A DNA stretch of 64,000 nt. It comes from Nitrospirota bacterium (GTDB lineage Bacteria > Nitrospirota > Thermodesulfovibrionia > Thermodesulfovibrionales > SM23-35). The notes beneath the pieces are model-generated. The model did not search any database. It was not told the DNA's origin and was given only the letters and a program-made list of their open reading frames with translations. The stretch covers positions 6,592 to 70,591 of the forward strand of contig JBFMDQ010000002.1 in NCBI GenBank assembly GCA_040753955.1, given 5' to 3'. Made by a program: the position numbers and the translations under genes. This document shows, one piece after another, positions 27,374 to 36,007 of the stretch (position 1 is the first letter of the stretch; every line of letters starts with the position of its first letter).

Positions 27374-28336
27374 TTATTTTAGATGTTCAAGGGCTTGGAT
27401 AATCTCGTCAGCACCTGTGAAGTTCTTTTTCTCTCCATTGGATATTACGCACATGGGCGTTGCATTGATTTTATCTTCTTTAAAATAACTATTCAAAAGG
27501 CTGAAGGTTGACGCCACTTCAAAAGGTCTGAATCCTATATTCCTTTTCTTCAAAAACTCTTCTAATTTCTCCTTTTTAGTTATTTTGTTTTTTGCAGCCT
27601 CAAAAAGGGCAGCCCTTGCCTCAAGGGCGTGGTTAAGCTTCTTATTTTCATTTAAGACATAAAGAAAATATCTTGCATAGAGATTGGTTTGGGGATGGAT
27701 TGGCGTGTCCACAAACGTAATATTTATGATGTTCTTTTTAACTAAATCGGTAATTATCTCTTCTAATCTCGGCTCCAGAGACCTGCAGGGGCCACAAAAA
27801 TAATCGGTATATAGTCTCACCTTTATCTTGCCGGTTCCGAAGGAAGGCAGAAGAACCTCTTCTGCATAGAGTGGAGTAACTATGCCTTGGAAGAAAATCA
27901 AAAAGAGGATAAAGCCGAGAATCAGAGAGGCAGTCATGAGGATCTTTTTAGACATATCGAAGTTTAATAAAAAGAGGATTATAATAATGGCTCCAAAGGC
28001 TAAACAGTAATAACATTGAATAAGGTTCCTTATCTGAAATCCTAAAAGGTATATCTCTGCCCCTAAGCCAAAGGAGAGGAGAAATAGGAAGATGAAACTT
28101 CTTCTCAGGGGATTAAAAAGTATTAACATTCCCATATAAAGGACTCCCAGGTATTTCAGATCGATAGAGAAAATGCTACCCCTCGGGTATGAACACGACT
28201 CTCCACATATGCCATATGGCAAGACAATGCCTATACCTATAAGTGAAATTATGGTACTGATCCAGTATTTCTTGGAACTAATCTTTTCAAATAACTTTCT
28301 CATGGACATAAAAATATCAGTCAAGATCCATGCCAA
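27374..28336 (-). CDS. VKOR-like membrane domain fused to a thioredoxin/DsbA-like domain
   Basis: Loop cysteines CGESC, a TM CxxC (CYYC), then a periplasmic Trx-fold CxxC (YTDYFCGPCRSLEP). This matches the bacterial VKOR-Trx fusion architecture. Confidence 0.6.
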   Translation of the reverse strand: MAWILTDIFMSMRKLFEKISSKKYWISTIISLIGIGIVLPYGICGESCSYPRGSIFSIDLKYLGVLYMGMLILFNPLRRSFIFLFLLSFGLGAEIYLLGFQIRNLIQCYYCLAFGAIIIILFLLNFDMSKKILMTASLILGFILFLIFFQGIVTPLYAEEVLLPSFGTGKIKVRLYTDYFCGPCRSLEPRLEEIITDLVKKNIINITFVDTPIHPQTNLYARYFLYVLNENKKLNHALEARAALFEAAKNKITKKEKLEEFLKKRNIGFRPFEVASTFSLLNSYFKEDKINATPMCVISNGEKKNFTGADEIIQALEHLK

Positions 28337-29193
28337 AAAATGTAATCTAGTAATGTAAAAACGAAGACTGTTATGCTTATATATCCGTTCATATTAAAAA
28401 ATGCTATATCGAGCCTGCTCAGGTCGTCTTCCTTGAGGAGGGAATGCTCATAGATAAAGAGCCCCGCAACAACCATCATCCCGAGCCAGTAAAAAATGCC
28501 CATCCTGAATAAAATACCTATAAATACGAGCAAAAGGAATGTTATTAGATGGAATATCCTTGCCAAAAACAAGGCCTTTTTTATTCCAAACCTCTGGGGA
28601 ATAGAATAAATGCCATGGGATTTATCAAACTCGATGTCCTGAAGGGCATAGAGTGTATCAAAACCTGCAAGCCAGAACACAACAGCAATCCCCATTGGTA
28701 TTATCTCTAAATCAAATGTACCCTTTACTGCTATCCATGCCCCGAGAGGTGCGACAGATAGTGCTATCCCCAAAACAAAATGGGTAGCCCATGTAAACCT
28801 TTTCGTATAAGAGTAAATAAAAAGTACGGCAATGGCAATCGGAGAAAGTTTCAGGCATAAAGGATTCAACATATAGGCTGCTAAGATAAAGATTACAAAG
28901 GATGCTACCGTAAATAAAACTGCCTCAGACAATTTAATAATCCCGGTTGGCAGTTCTCTGTTCCTGGTTCTTGGGTTTGCCTGATCAATCTTCCTGTCAA
29001 TTATTCTGTTAAGCCCCATGGCGCCTGATCTTGCTCCTATCATGGCAATGGTTATCCACACTATCTTTCTCATGGAAGGGATTCCGCCTGCGGCAATGAT
29101 TGCTCCGGTGAATGCAAAGGGAAGAGCGAAGATAGAATGAGGAAATTTTATCATCCTCAGATAAAGAACTATCTTTTGTGCTATGGAGTTCAC
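28321..29193 (-). CDS. UbiA-family aromatic prenyltransferase
   Basis: NRIIDRKIDQANPRTRNRELPTG and a second Asp-rich motif YALQDIEFD; about 8-9 TM segments. Confidence 0.85.
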   Translation of the reverse strand: MNSIAQKIVLYLRMIKFPHSIFALPFAFTGAIIAAGGIPSMRKIVWITIAMIGARSGAMGLNRIIDRKIDQANPRTRNRELPTGIIKLSEAVLFTVASFVIFILAAYMLNPLCLKLSPIAIAVLFIYSYTKRFTWATHFVLGIALSVAPLGAWIAVKGTFDLEIIPMGIAVVFWLAGFDTLYALQDIEFDKSHGIYSIPQRFGIKKALFLARIFHLITFLLLVFIGILFRMGIFYWLGMMVVAGLFIYEHSLLKEDDLSRLDIAFFNMNGYISITVFVFTLLDYIFWHGS

Positions 29194-29861
29194 AGGGGTA
29201 TGAGTTCACTAAAATCAAGGATAGTCGCAAATTCTGAAGAGAGCAATGGCTTGACCGTTGAATTTGACCTTGCTTTGTAAATCAGATACCTTATACCGAA
29301 TTTTTTTGCTGTTTTTAATACCTCAAGGGTGTCATCCACGAGCAGTGTTTTTCCCTTACCAAAACTGAGCCTCTGCTCAGCCCTGCGCCAGAATTCAATC
29401 TTCTCCTTTGGGAATCCGATCTCAAAAGATGTTATCGCACCTGTCAGATACTTACCGAGGTCAGTCTTTTTTAGCTTCATGTCAAGCACCTTGTAGTGAG
29501 CGTTTGTAACGATAAAGGTCTTAATTCTCCGAGCCTTAAGCATTTTAAGAAAATCCTCAACATGAGGATGAACCTCTATGAGGTGCCTTATCTGTTCTTT
29601 TAATGCTAAGATGTCGAGGTCAAGCTCCTTTGACCAGAAATCAATATCTGTCCAGTTGAGGGTCCCTTCATGTGCCTTGTATCTCTTGAATAGTTCTTCC
29701 CTTGCCTTTCCGAATGTAATTTTATGCTTCTCAGCATATCTTTCAGGCACTAAATGTTCCCAGAAATAATCATCAAAATATCTGTCCAGAAGAGTCCCAT
29801 CCATGTCGAGGAGGACATATTTAATCTCTTCGAAAGGAATTAAAGACATAAGAAAACTCAT
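29190..29861 (-). CDS. HAD-superfamily hydrolase
   Basis: DxDxT motif (LLDMDGTLLD), TNA (motif II) and VDD (motif IV). Confidence 0.8.
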   Translation of the reverse strand: MSFLMSLIPFEEIKYVLLDMDGTLLDRYFDDYFWEHLVPERYAEKHKITFGKAREELFKRYKAHEGTLNWTDIDFWSKELDLDILALKEQIRHLIEVHPHVEDFLKMLKARRIKTFIVTNAHYKVLDMKLKKTDLGKYLTGAITSFEIGFPKEKIEFWRRAEQRLSFGKGKTLLVDDTLEVLKTAKKFGIRYLIYKARSNSTVKPLLSSEFATILDFSELIPL

Positions 29862-29887
29862 AATGCAAGACCCTCTAATTTTGTATT

Positions 29888-30019
29888 TGCAGGATATAGT
29901 ATTTGAGCGGTTTCTTTTGCCGATAGTCCGATAAAAAATATTTTAAAAATCTTAAATAATAAAGAGGCAAAAGCCTCGGAGGGCGATAGCCCGAGAATGA
30001 GCGAAAATACTATATCCTG
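29888..30019 (+). repeat. modular two-hairpin repeat element, copy B
   Basis: Termini GCAGGATATAGTATTT ... AAATACTATATCCTGC. Internal layout GAGCGG - TTTTGCC..GGCAAAA hairpin - CCTCGGAG - GGGC-GATA-GCCC hairpin - CGAGAATGAGCGAAAATAC. Confidence 0.8.
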
Positions 30020-30075
30020 CATAATCATATTAATTAGTGATTAATCCCCATCACGATAAAAAAGAAGACTTCCAC

Positions 30076-30663
30076 TCATAATTTCCCCTTTGTCGTCGGA
30101 ATACCCTTTATCCTCGGATCAATAGATACGGCATTTCTCAGTGCCCTTCCCAAGGCCTTGAATATCGCCTCAATTATGTGATGTGTGTTTCTTCCATACT
30201 GGGATTCAACATGAAGGGTTATGCCACTATTGCTAACAAATGCTTGAAGAAAGTCCTCAATAAGGTCGGGGTCAAAATTTTTTATCTTACTTTTCTTCGG
30301 GAATTCAACCTTATAGACAAGATAGGGCCTTCCACTGATATCAAGACTCACCGACGCAAGGGCCTCATCCATCGGAACTGTTGCCTGCCCAAAGCGTGAT
30401 ATCCCTCTCATATCTCCAAGGGCCTGTTTAACAGCCTTTCCGAGGACAATACCAATATCCTCTACCGTGTGATGAAAATCTATATGGATGTCTCCTTTTG
30501 CCTTCATCTTCATATCAAAAATACCGTGTTTACACATTAAGGACAGCATATGGTCAAGAAAGGGTATAGATGTATCAATAGAGTATTGCCCCTTCCCATC
30601 AAGATTGATAGTAAGCTTGATATCCGTCTCCTTCGTCTTCCTTTCAACTTTAGCCGTTCTCAT
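30076..30663 (-). CDS. hisB: imidazoleglycerol-phosphate dehydratase
   Basis: [11 protein letters not shown] and [12 protein letters not shown] motifs; 195 aa. Confidence 0.95.
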   Translation of the reverse strand: MRTAKVERKTKETDIKLTINLDGKGQYSIDTSIPFLDHMLSLMCKHGIFDMKMKAKGDIHIDFHHTVEDIGIVLGKAVKQALGDMRGISRFGQATVPMDEALASVSLDISGRPYLVYKVEFPKKSKIKNFDPDLIEDFLQAFVSNSGITLHVESQYGRNTHHIIEAIFKALGRALRNAVSIDPRIKGIPTTKGKL

Positions 30664-30804
30664 TTTGCCTCTCCATTGATAGAATTATAACAGATTAGAG
30701 TCCTACAGAGGAGACTGTATGCAAATCTTCTGAAGCGTTGAGACATTTATCCTTTCCTCCTCCAATCTCTCATCTATAATAGGTAGTGGCGAAAAAATCT
30801 TCGA

Positions 30805-31551
30805 TTAATATTTAAAAATGGGAACAGAGCGCTTTTTGATATTGTCCAATACAAAGGGATAGGCTTCGAGATATTCGATTTCAAGCTCCTCGGTAGAGAT
30901 TCCGAGTCCTTTTAATTTTCTGCTCAGCTCTTCGATTCCCTTGGAGCCAAAGATCTCGAGCATAATAGCAGGCCATGCATTCACCCCTGCATCAAGAAGA
31001 TACTTCAAGGCCCTGAGGGGAAATTCAAAATACCCCCCTTCTGCTCCCGAAATTTTCTCAAAGCTCTGTTCATCCCATCCTTTGACGGAAATACGAACAA
31101 AGAGCCTCTTGAAAGGAGAGAGCCTCTGGGCAAGATTCGGACGATATCCCAAGATGAAGCCATTGGTCTCAAGGATGAAATCGAGCGTTGGCTTCTCTGA
31201 AAGAACTCCCTCGATTATCTTGATGATATGTTCAAAAGATTTCTCACCCAGAATGGGTTCTGCGCCGCTCAACCTTACCTTGTTGAAATCTCTCCTCTTA
31301 CAGATATCCAGAAGCCTTCTTACCACTTGCTCAGAGGAACAAAACTCCTCTTTGCACTCCTCGGGTTTCATATTCCTTTCATAATTCCAGCAGTAGGCAC
31401 AGAGAAAGCAACATCCCACCATATCAGCGGTGGCAATGCCTCCATAATATCTTGCTCCCCTGAAACGATAATACTTCCTTTTCTGATCTCTCATAACGAG
31501 GTTTTCGACCTCTTCTGCCCGTTTTACAGGATCGAAAGGAAGTTTAAGCAT
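30805..31551 (-). CDS. small radical SAM protein of unknown function
   Basis: CxxxCxxC cluster in GCCFLCAYCWN, preceded by YYRFRGARYYGGIATAD; 248 aa. I cannot tell the substrate. Confidence 0.7.
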   Translation of the reverse strand: MLKLPFDPVKRAEEVENLVMRDQKRKYYRFRGARYYGGIATADMVGCCFLCAYCWNYERNMKPEECKEEFCSSEQVVRRLLDICKRRDFNKVRLSGAEPILGEKSFEHIIKIIEGVLSEKPTLDFILETNGFILGYRPNLAQRLSPFKRLFVRISVKGWDEQSFEKISGAEGGYFEFPLRALKYLLDAGVNAWPAIMLEIFGSKGIEELSRKLKGLGISTEELEIEYLEAYPFVLDNIKKRSVPIFKY

Positions 31552-31595
31552 TTTATACCTTAGCCCAATTATTCATAAATTAATTAAAAAGTCGG

Positions 31596-31706
31596 TAGGA
31601 CATAGTATTTGAGCGGGTTTAAATTCTTTCAAAGAAAGAATTTACCTCGGAGCCCCGCACTATAACATAGTGCGGGGCGAGAATGAGCGAAAATACTATA
31701 TCCTGC
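31596..31706 (+). repeat. modular two-hairpin repeat element, copy C
   Basis: AGGACATAGTATTT-GAGCGG - TAAATTCTTTC-aaa-GAAAGAATTTA hairpin - CCTCGGAG - CCCCGCACTAT-aac-ATAGTGCGGGG hairpin - CGAGAATGAGCGAAAATACTATATCCTGC. Confidence 0.8.
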
Positions 31707-32270
31707 CTGATTCGCTATAGTTTATGTTAGAGCATATTTCCTTTATCCTACATTCATCACAATATCTTCTGCGACAAAAAGCCTATCCAGAATGTAGGAG
31801 ACAGTTTGAACCCATCCAGCGAGTATTCTTAGTTTTTCTCTTGCGAGGAGACAGAGACATCTTTCTCTCTGTGGACACTCTGGACAGGTATAAATCCTGC
31901 AGAACCTTGGATCCCAGGGGATTTCCCACTAAAAGAGGCTGAGCTTTTTCGTCATCCTCTGGAAATGTATATCTGATCTCCTTTCCTTTCAACTTCACTA
32001 TCATGAGGCAAAGCCTTTGCTAAACCTTATTGAAATTTGGCTTAAAACTTAAGTCCAATCCTAAATTTCGGAAGCTTTTTCATATTCTTTCTTGTGTACA
32101 GCAGTTTTCTCTAAGAAAAGCAATTATAGTAGATGTGTTGAATACCTGGGGTAAGGTGAAGATAAAGATGAGGAGAAACTGAGGCAAAAAGAGGATCAAG
32201 GAGTAGTAACTCCGATGCTGGCACAAAAGGCATTCCATTTAGTCTTTCTCATCTGTTGTCTTCTCCTTGC

Positions 32271-34163
32271 TCATTTTTGAAAGACTATTATATCTTCAAC
32301 CCCAATCTTACCTTTATCCGCCTTTGACAATCCATGCTCGATAACATCAACAACTTTGAATCCGGCAGATTTCCCTATGTCTGCTAATATTGAAGATGTT
32401 TCTATGACCTCTTCCTTACCATGGATAAGCCATGAGTGATATTTACTGATAACCATAAGATAGTATTTATTCCTTTTCAAAACTCGATAACACTCCTCAA
32501 ACGAAAGGGTCATCATCTTGAGATAATTTTCAACTATTTTAGATTTATAGACCCTTCGAGATTCATTCAGCAGTTTTATAAGATTTAAACTTGATGGTGG
32601 TAATTGGATTGAAAAATATTTATCACTGACCATAAGCGGTAACTGCTCCATATATTCTGTTTCATCCCTGTGCTTTGATTCATAGAACATCTTTGTGGAC
32701 TGCCACATTAAATCCTCATCAAACCCAAGAACCAAAATAGAAGGTTTATTATTCCCAATGTAATCCAGTGCATCAAAATAGGGAGGAGAAGTAAGGATGC
32801 CGTCTATGGAATTATCAGGAATCATTGACATATTAGTTGAGTCACCTTTAATGATCGTTACTTTAGTTTTTGTAAAATCAACTCCCAAAATTTCTCCTAA
32901 CTTTCTTGTGGCATAAAGTGTCAAGTATCTATCTTCCACGTAACTTTTAAAAGCTGTCATTATGTCATAAACCTTTTTCTTTTCTGAAAACTCTATAACT
33001 TGCTGGCTTAAAAGGATATGGAGGAACTTTTTTATAGAAGGGTTTTGAAAGCGGTCTATCTCTTTCTTAATAAATAAAATTTTTGGAAGGTGTTGTGCAA
33101 TATTCTCATATGCCTTACCATTTCCAGATTTCATTTTAGCCTTTATATTTTGCAATTCATCAGTTATGACATCTTTTTCATAGCGATCTATTGACTCAAA
33201 TAATTTAATGACATGGTTTTTAAGCTCAGGTAATGAAATACCTAAATTGCATTTTACTTCAGTAATGGTTTTCCCAATACTTAATATTTCTATACCAATA
33301 GCATTTATCCCCATAGTTGGGGCATCAGCGATAAATGCCCCAGAACCTACAAAAGGGTCTAATATTGTATCCCCCTCTTTAACATTGAGTAGATTTATCA
33401 AAGCACGAGATATCCTCGGGTCTCCTTTCCCTTTATATTTGTGGAGGTAATGAAGAAAAGGCTTTCTCAGGTCTGTAGATGCCCAGTCAACAAAGTCTCC
33501 TATGTGGTTTTTCCCTAGTCCAAAGTGAGGTGAACGATGCTCTCCTCCCTGCATATGAACAAGCAATTCATTAATCCCTTTTTCAATACCTGCCTCTTTT
33601 TCATCAAAATAAGCCCTCCAATCTACACTATTTTTAGGACGGAATACAGCAGCAGGCAGTTTTTTAACTTCTGTAGCATATTCAAAGAGTGTGTGAAATG
33701 GAAGAAATCTAATAGTAGCAAGTACTTTATCATCTTTAAGAGGCTTTAAGAATAGTTGGGAGTACGGATTTATATTTAAGGATTCATGTTGCAAATTAAT
33801 ATCGCTTACTTTTAATCCAATCTCAAAAAGTATAGATTTGATCTCATCCACAGTTTTGACTTCAAAAATAATATATATTTCTCTTAAAAATGTTGCTTTC
33901 TTGACAATGCCTATAATCTCACGGACGGGTATTTTCGCAAACAGGCCCTGTCCTTCCCCAAGATAAGGCAATCGAGATATTAAATGAATTACATTGTCAT
34001 CAAGCAAACTAAATGGCTTTTCTCTCATCAAAGCAGCAATTGTTTTTATAAAGGCCGTCTTTACTTCTAATAATGCATCAAATTCCTTCTGAGCAAAATA
34101 GACTTCATCAGGGTCCCTTAAATCAAACTTTATTTTTCCTAACCAAAGTAGCTTGTTCACCAT
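32271..34163 (-). CDS. 630-aa amino-methyltransferase with a Trm11/THUMP-like N-terminal region and widely separated catalytic motifs
   Basis: SAM-binding motif I ILDPFVGSGAF (aa 267-277, nt 33333-33365) and catalytic TSPPY (aa 458-462, nt 32778-32792) lie ~190 aa apart. The segment RISRALINLLNVKEGDTILDPFVGSGAFIADA resembles UPF0020/Trm11-type MTases. Its start overlaps the upstream MTase gene by 41 nt. Confidence 0.75.
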   Translation of the reverse strand: MVNKLLWLGKIKFDLRDPDEVYFAQKEFDALLEVKTAFIKTIAALMREKPFSLLDDNVIHLISRLPYLGEGQGLFAKIPVREIIGIVKKATFLREIYIIFEVKTVDEIKSILFEIGLKVSDINLQHESLNINPYSQLFLKPLKDDKVLATIRFLPFHTLFEYATEVKKLPAAVFRPKNSVDWRAYFDEKEAGIEKGINELLVHMQGGEHRSPHFGLGKNHIGDFVDWASTDLRKPFLHYLHKYKGKGDPRISRALINLLNVKEGDTILDPFVGSGAFIADAPTMGINAIGIEILSIGKTITEVKCNLGISLPELKNHVIKLFESIDRYEKDVITDELQNIKAKMKSGNGKAYENIAQHLPKILFIKKEIDRFQNPSIKKFLHILLSQQVIEFSEKKKVYDIMTAFKSYVEDRYLTLYATRKLGEILGVDFTKTKVTIIKGDSTNMSMIPDNSIDGILTSPPYFDALDYIGNNKPSILVLGFDEDLMWQSTKMFYESKHRDETEYMEQLPLMVSDKYFSIQLPPSSLNLIKLLNESRRVYKSKIVENYLKMMTLSFEECYRVLKRNKYYLMVISKYHSWLIHGKEEVIETSSILADIGKSAGFKVVDVIEHGLSKADKGKIGVEDIIVFQK

Positions 34164-35076
34164 TTATGTATAGCTCTTGTTGATCTAAAGTTAATAAAAA
34201 CTCCTCGATCCGCCTTTCTGCTAACCTTACATACTCTTCATTTATGTCGTATCCAACATAATGACGCTTTGTTTTTTTTGCTGCGATAGCAGCTTGCCCA
34301 CTTCCTATAAATGGGTCTAAAACAACTTCTCCTTCAAAGGTATAAAGTTGAATTAGTCTGTAAGGCAATTCCACTGGAAAAGGAGCAGGATGTCCCACTT
34401 TTGTTGCTGGTTCAGCAGAAAATATCCAGACACTTTTTGTAAATTCAAGAAATTCATCTTTTGAAATTGTGCTTTTTCTTTTTAAACACTCTCTTGTAAA
34501 TGTGCCTTTAGAGAAAACCAAAATATATTCATGAATGTCTCTTAACGTTGGATTTTTAGCAGAAAGCCAGCTCCCCCAGGCAGTTGAAGGACTGCCGCTT
34601 GAGGCTTTGTTCCAGATGATCTCACCTCTCATTAAAAATCCTAAATCGAGCATGTCCTCAATGATAAAAGTATGAAGTGGAATATATGGCTTTCTTCCTA
34701 AATTAGCAATATTAATACATGCCCTTCCACCGGGGACGAGAACTCTTTTAACTTCGCTCCATACCTTTTTTAAAAATGCTCTATACTCATTAAGAGTAAG
34801 ATTCTCGTCGTATTCCTTTCCAACATTGTATGGGGGAGAAGTAACCATCAAATGGATGCTACTGTCAGGTAATTCCTTCATCCGTTCACTTGATTTGCAA
34901 AAGATTCTATCCAGAAATTCAGATGGGATAGGATTTTCTATATACCTTACAACCTCCTCCTTAGGTAATTCATCATATAATCTGCTCGTATAAAAGGAAG
35001 TAGAGTCGTGGTTAATTCTTCCTGGTGATCCAAAAGCACTTGTTTTGGTACCTCTTTTCCTTTGAATAAACCCCAT
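34123..35076 (-). CDS. beta-class N4-cytosine/N6-adenine DNA methyltransferase
   Basis: Motif IV MVTSPPYNVGKEY precedes motif I VLDPFIGSGQAAIAAKK, which is the beta-class order. ATG at 35076 lies 1 nt after the upstream TAA and has a GGAGGGAGG SD; the ORF track starts at 35100. Confidence 0.85.
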   Translation of the reverse strand: MGFIQRKRGTKTSAFGSPGRINHDSTSFYTSRLYDELPKEEVVRYIENPIPSEFLDRIFCKSSERMKELPDSSIHLMVTSPPYNVGKEYDENLTLNEYRAFLKKVWSEVKRVLVPGGRACINIANLGRKPYIPLHTFIIEDMLDLGFLMRGEIIWNKASSGSPSTAWGSWLSAKNPTLRDIHEYILVFSKGTFTRECLKRKSTISKDEFLEFTKSVWIFSAEPATKVGHPAPFPVELPYRLIQLYTFEGEVVLDPFIGSGQAAIAAKKTKRHYVGYDINEEYVRLAERRIEEFLLTLDQQELYINGEQATLVRKNKV

Positions 35077-35077
35077 T

Positions 35078-35710
35078 TTAATCCTCCCTCCAGAGGTCAA
35101 CCCATCTTTTGTAGGAATTGAATGTTATGCTTGTTCTTTTCCAGTGTATTGGAATTTTGAAAGAATCTTTTTCGGTAACCAACCTTGATAAGGCTTCTTT
35201 ACTGAATTCAATGCCTCTCGGATTTGTACCTGGCTTCGGTAGCTTGATATAACCCTCTCGTCCCATTTCCTCAAACACCTTTCTCTGGACATCAAGGGGT
35301 ATCCAATAAAAACCACCTTCATCATCTTTATTTATCTGAATAAGCAGGATGTCACAGCGAGGATAATATTTTTCTCTAAATTCTTTTGCTGATTTAGCAT
35401 CAACAGTCCATGCTATTTTAACACTGCTAAAAGTTTTCCCAGTAAATGTTTTTATTGATATAGGCTCTCCAAACAATTTTACATCAACCTCCGACTTGGT
35501 AATTGGAATCTCTGCTTCTACATTTGCCTCATCAAATTTATACATAAGCAGGGCAACTATTATCCTTTCACGGACAGAACCCACTTCCATCCCCATTCTT
35601 CCAGCCCTTGAACTCTCTAATTCAGCAAGTTGAAATAAATAAGGTAGACGTCTTTTAATCTTCTCAACAAGTTTTTCATCTTCAAACAGTTCTATTAAAC
35701 GGCTACTCAT
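35078..35710 (-). CDS. putative restriction endonuclease partner; family not recognised
   Basis: 210 aa, translationally coupled to the MTase. A possible PD-(D/E)xK-like arrangement is FDEANVEAEIPITKSEVDVK. The call rests mainly on gene context. Confidence 0.45.
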   Translation of the reverse strand: MSSRLIELFEDEKLVEKIKRRLPYLFQLAELESSRAGRMGMEVGSVRERIIVALLMYKFDEANVEAEIPITKSEVDVKLFGEPISIKTFTGKTFSSVKIAWTVDAKSAKEFREKYYPRCDILLIQINKDDEGGFYWIPLDVQRKVFEEMGREGYIKLPKPGTNPRGIEFSKEALSRLVTEKDSFKIPIHWKRTSITFNSYKRWVDLWRED

Positions 35711-35743
35711 AATCCCCTTTTAGGTATTGCTTTTTCAAAGGGT

Positions 35744-36007
35744 TCAAGGAAAAAGAACGTGTAACCCTTTACCTGCTTTGACATAAACCTCCCAAGTGGA
35801 TTTCTCACCAGTTTCAGGTGTAGAAATGTGTTTTACCAGACGTATGTCGGCATCGGTCAAGCTGTAGGTTTGTTTAAGTTCTATCACTCGATCTTTAGCC
35901 CACTCCTGTTTCTCAAAGACGGTTTCCAATACAAAGCCTTCCTTCTGATAACGTTCCCGAAGGGCACGGTCTTCACTAAAACCCTTGGTAACTTCTTGTA
36001 TATCCAT
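35744..36007 (-). CDS. hypothetical 87-aa protein at the head of the MTase operon
   Basis: Intact ORF 33 nt upstream of the putative nuclease gene on the same strand. No HTH or other motif recognised. Confidence 0.45.
   Translation of the reverse strand: MDIQEVTKGFSEDRALRERYQKEGFVLETVFEKQEWAKDRVIELKQTYSLTDADIRLVKHISTPETGEKSTWEVYVKAGKGLHVLFP

Noticed and set aside
31724-32004. Overlapping 72-aa (+) and 73-aa (-) ORFs as real genes.
   Set aside because: They are mutually exclusive, neither has an SD or known motif, and the region shows frame disruption. It is treated as decayed or non-coding.
32216-32236. CTGGCAC-N5-GCAT considered as a sigma54-type promoter.
   Set aside because: The -12 element does not match TTGC(A/T), and there is no plus-strand gene downstream because the adjacent gene is on the minus strand.
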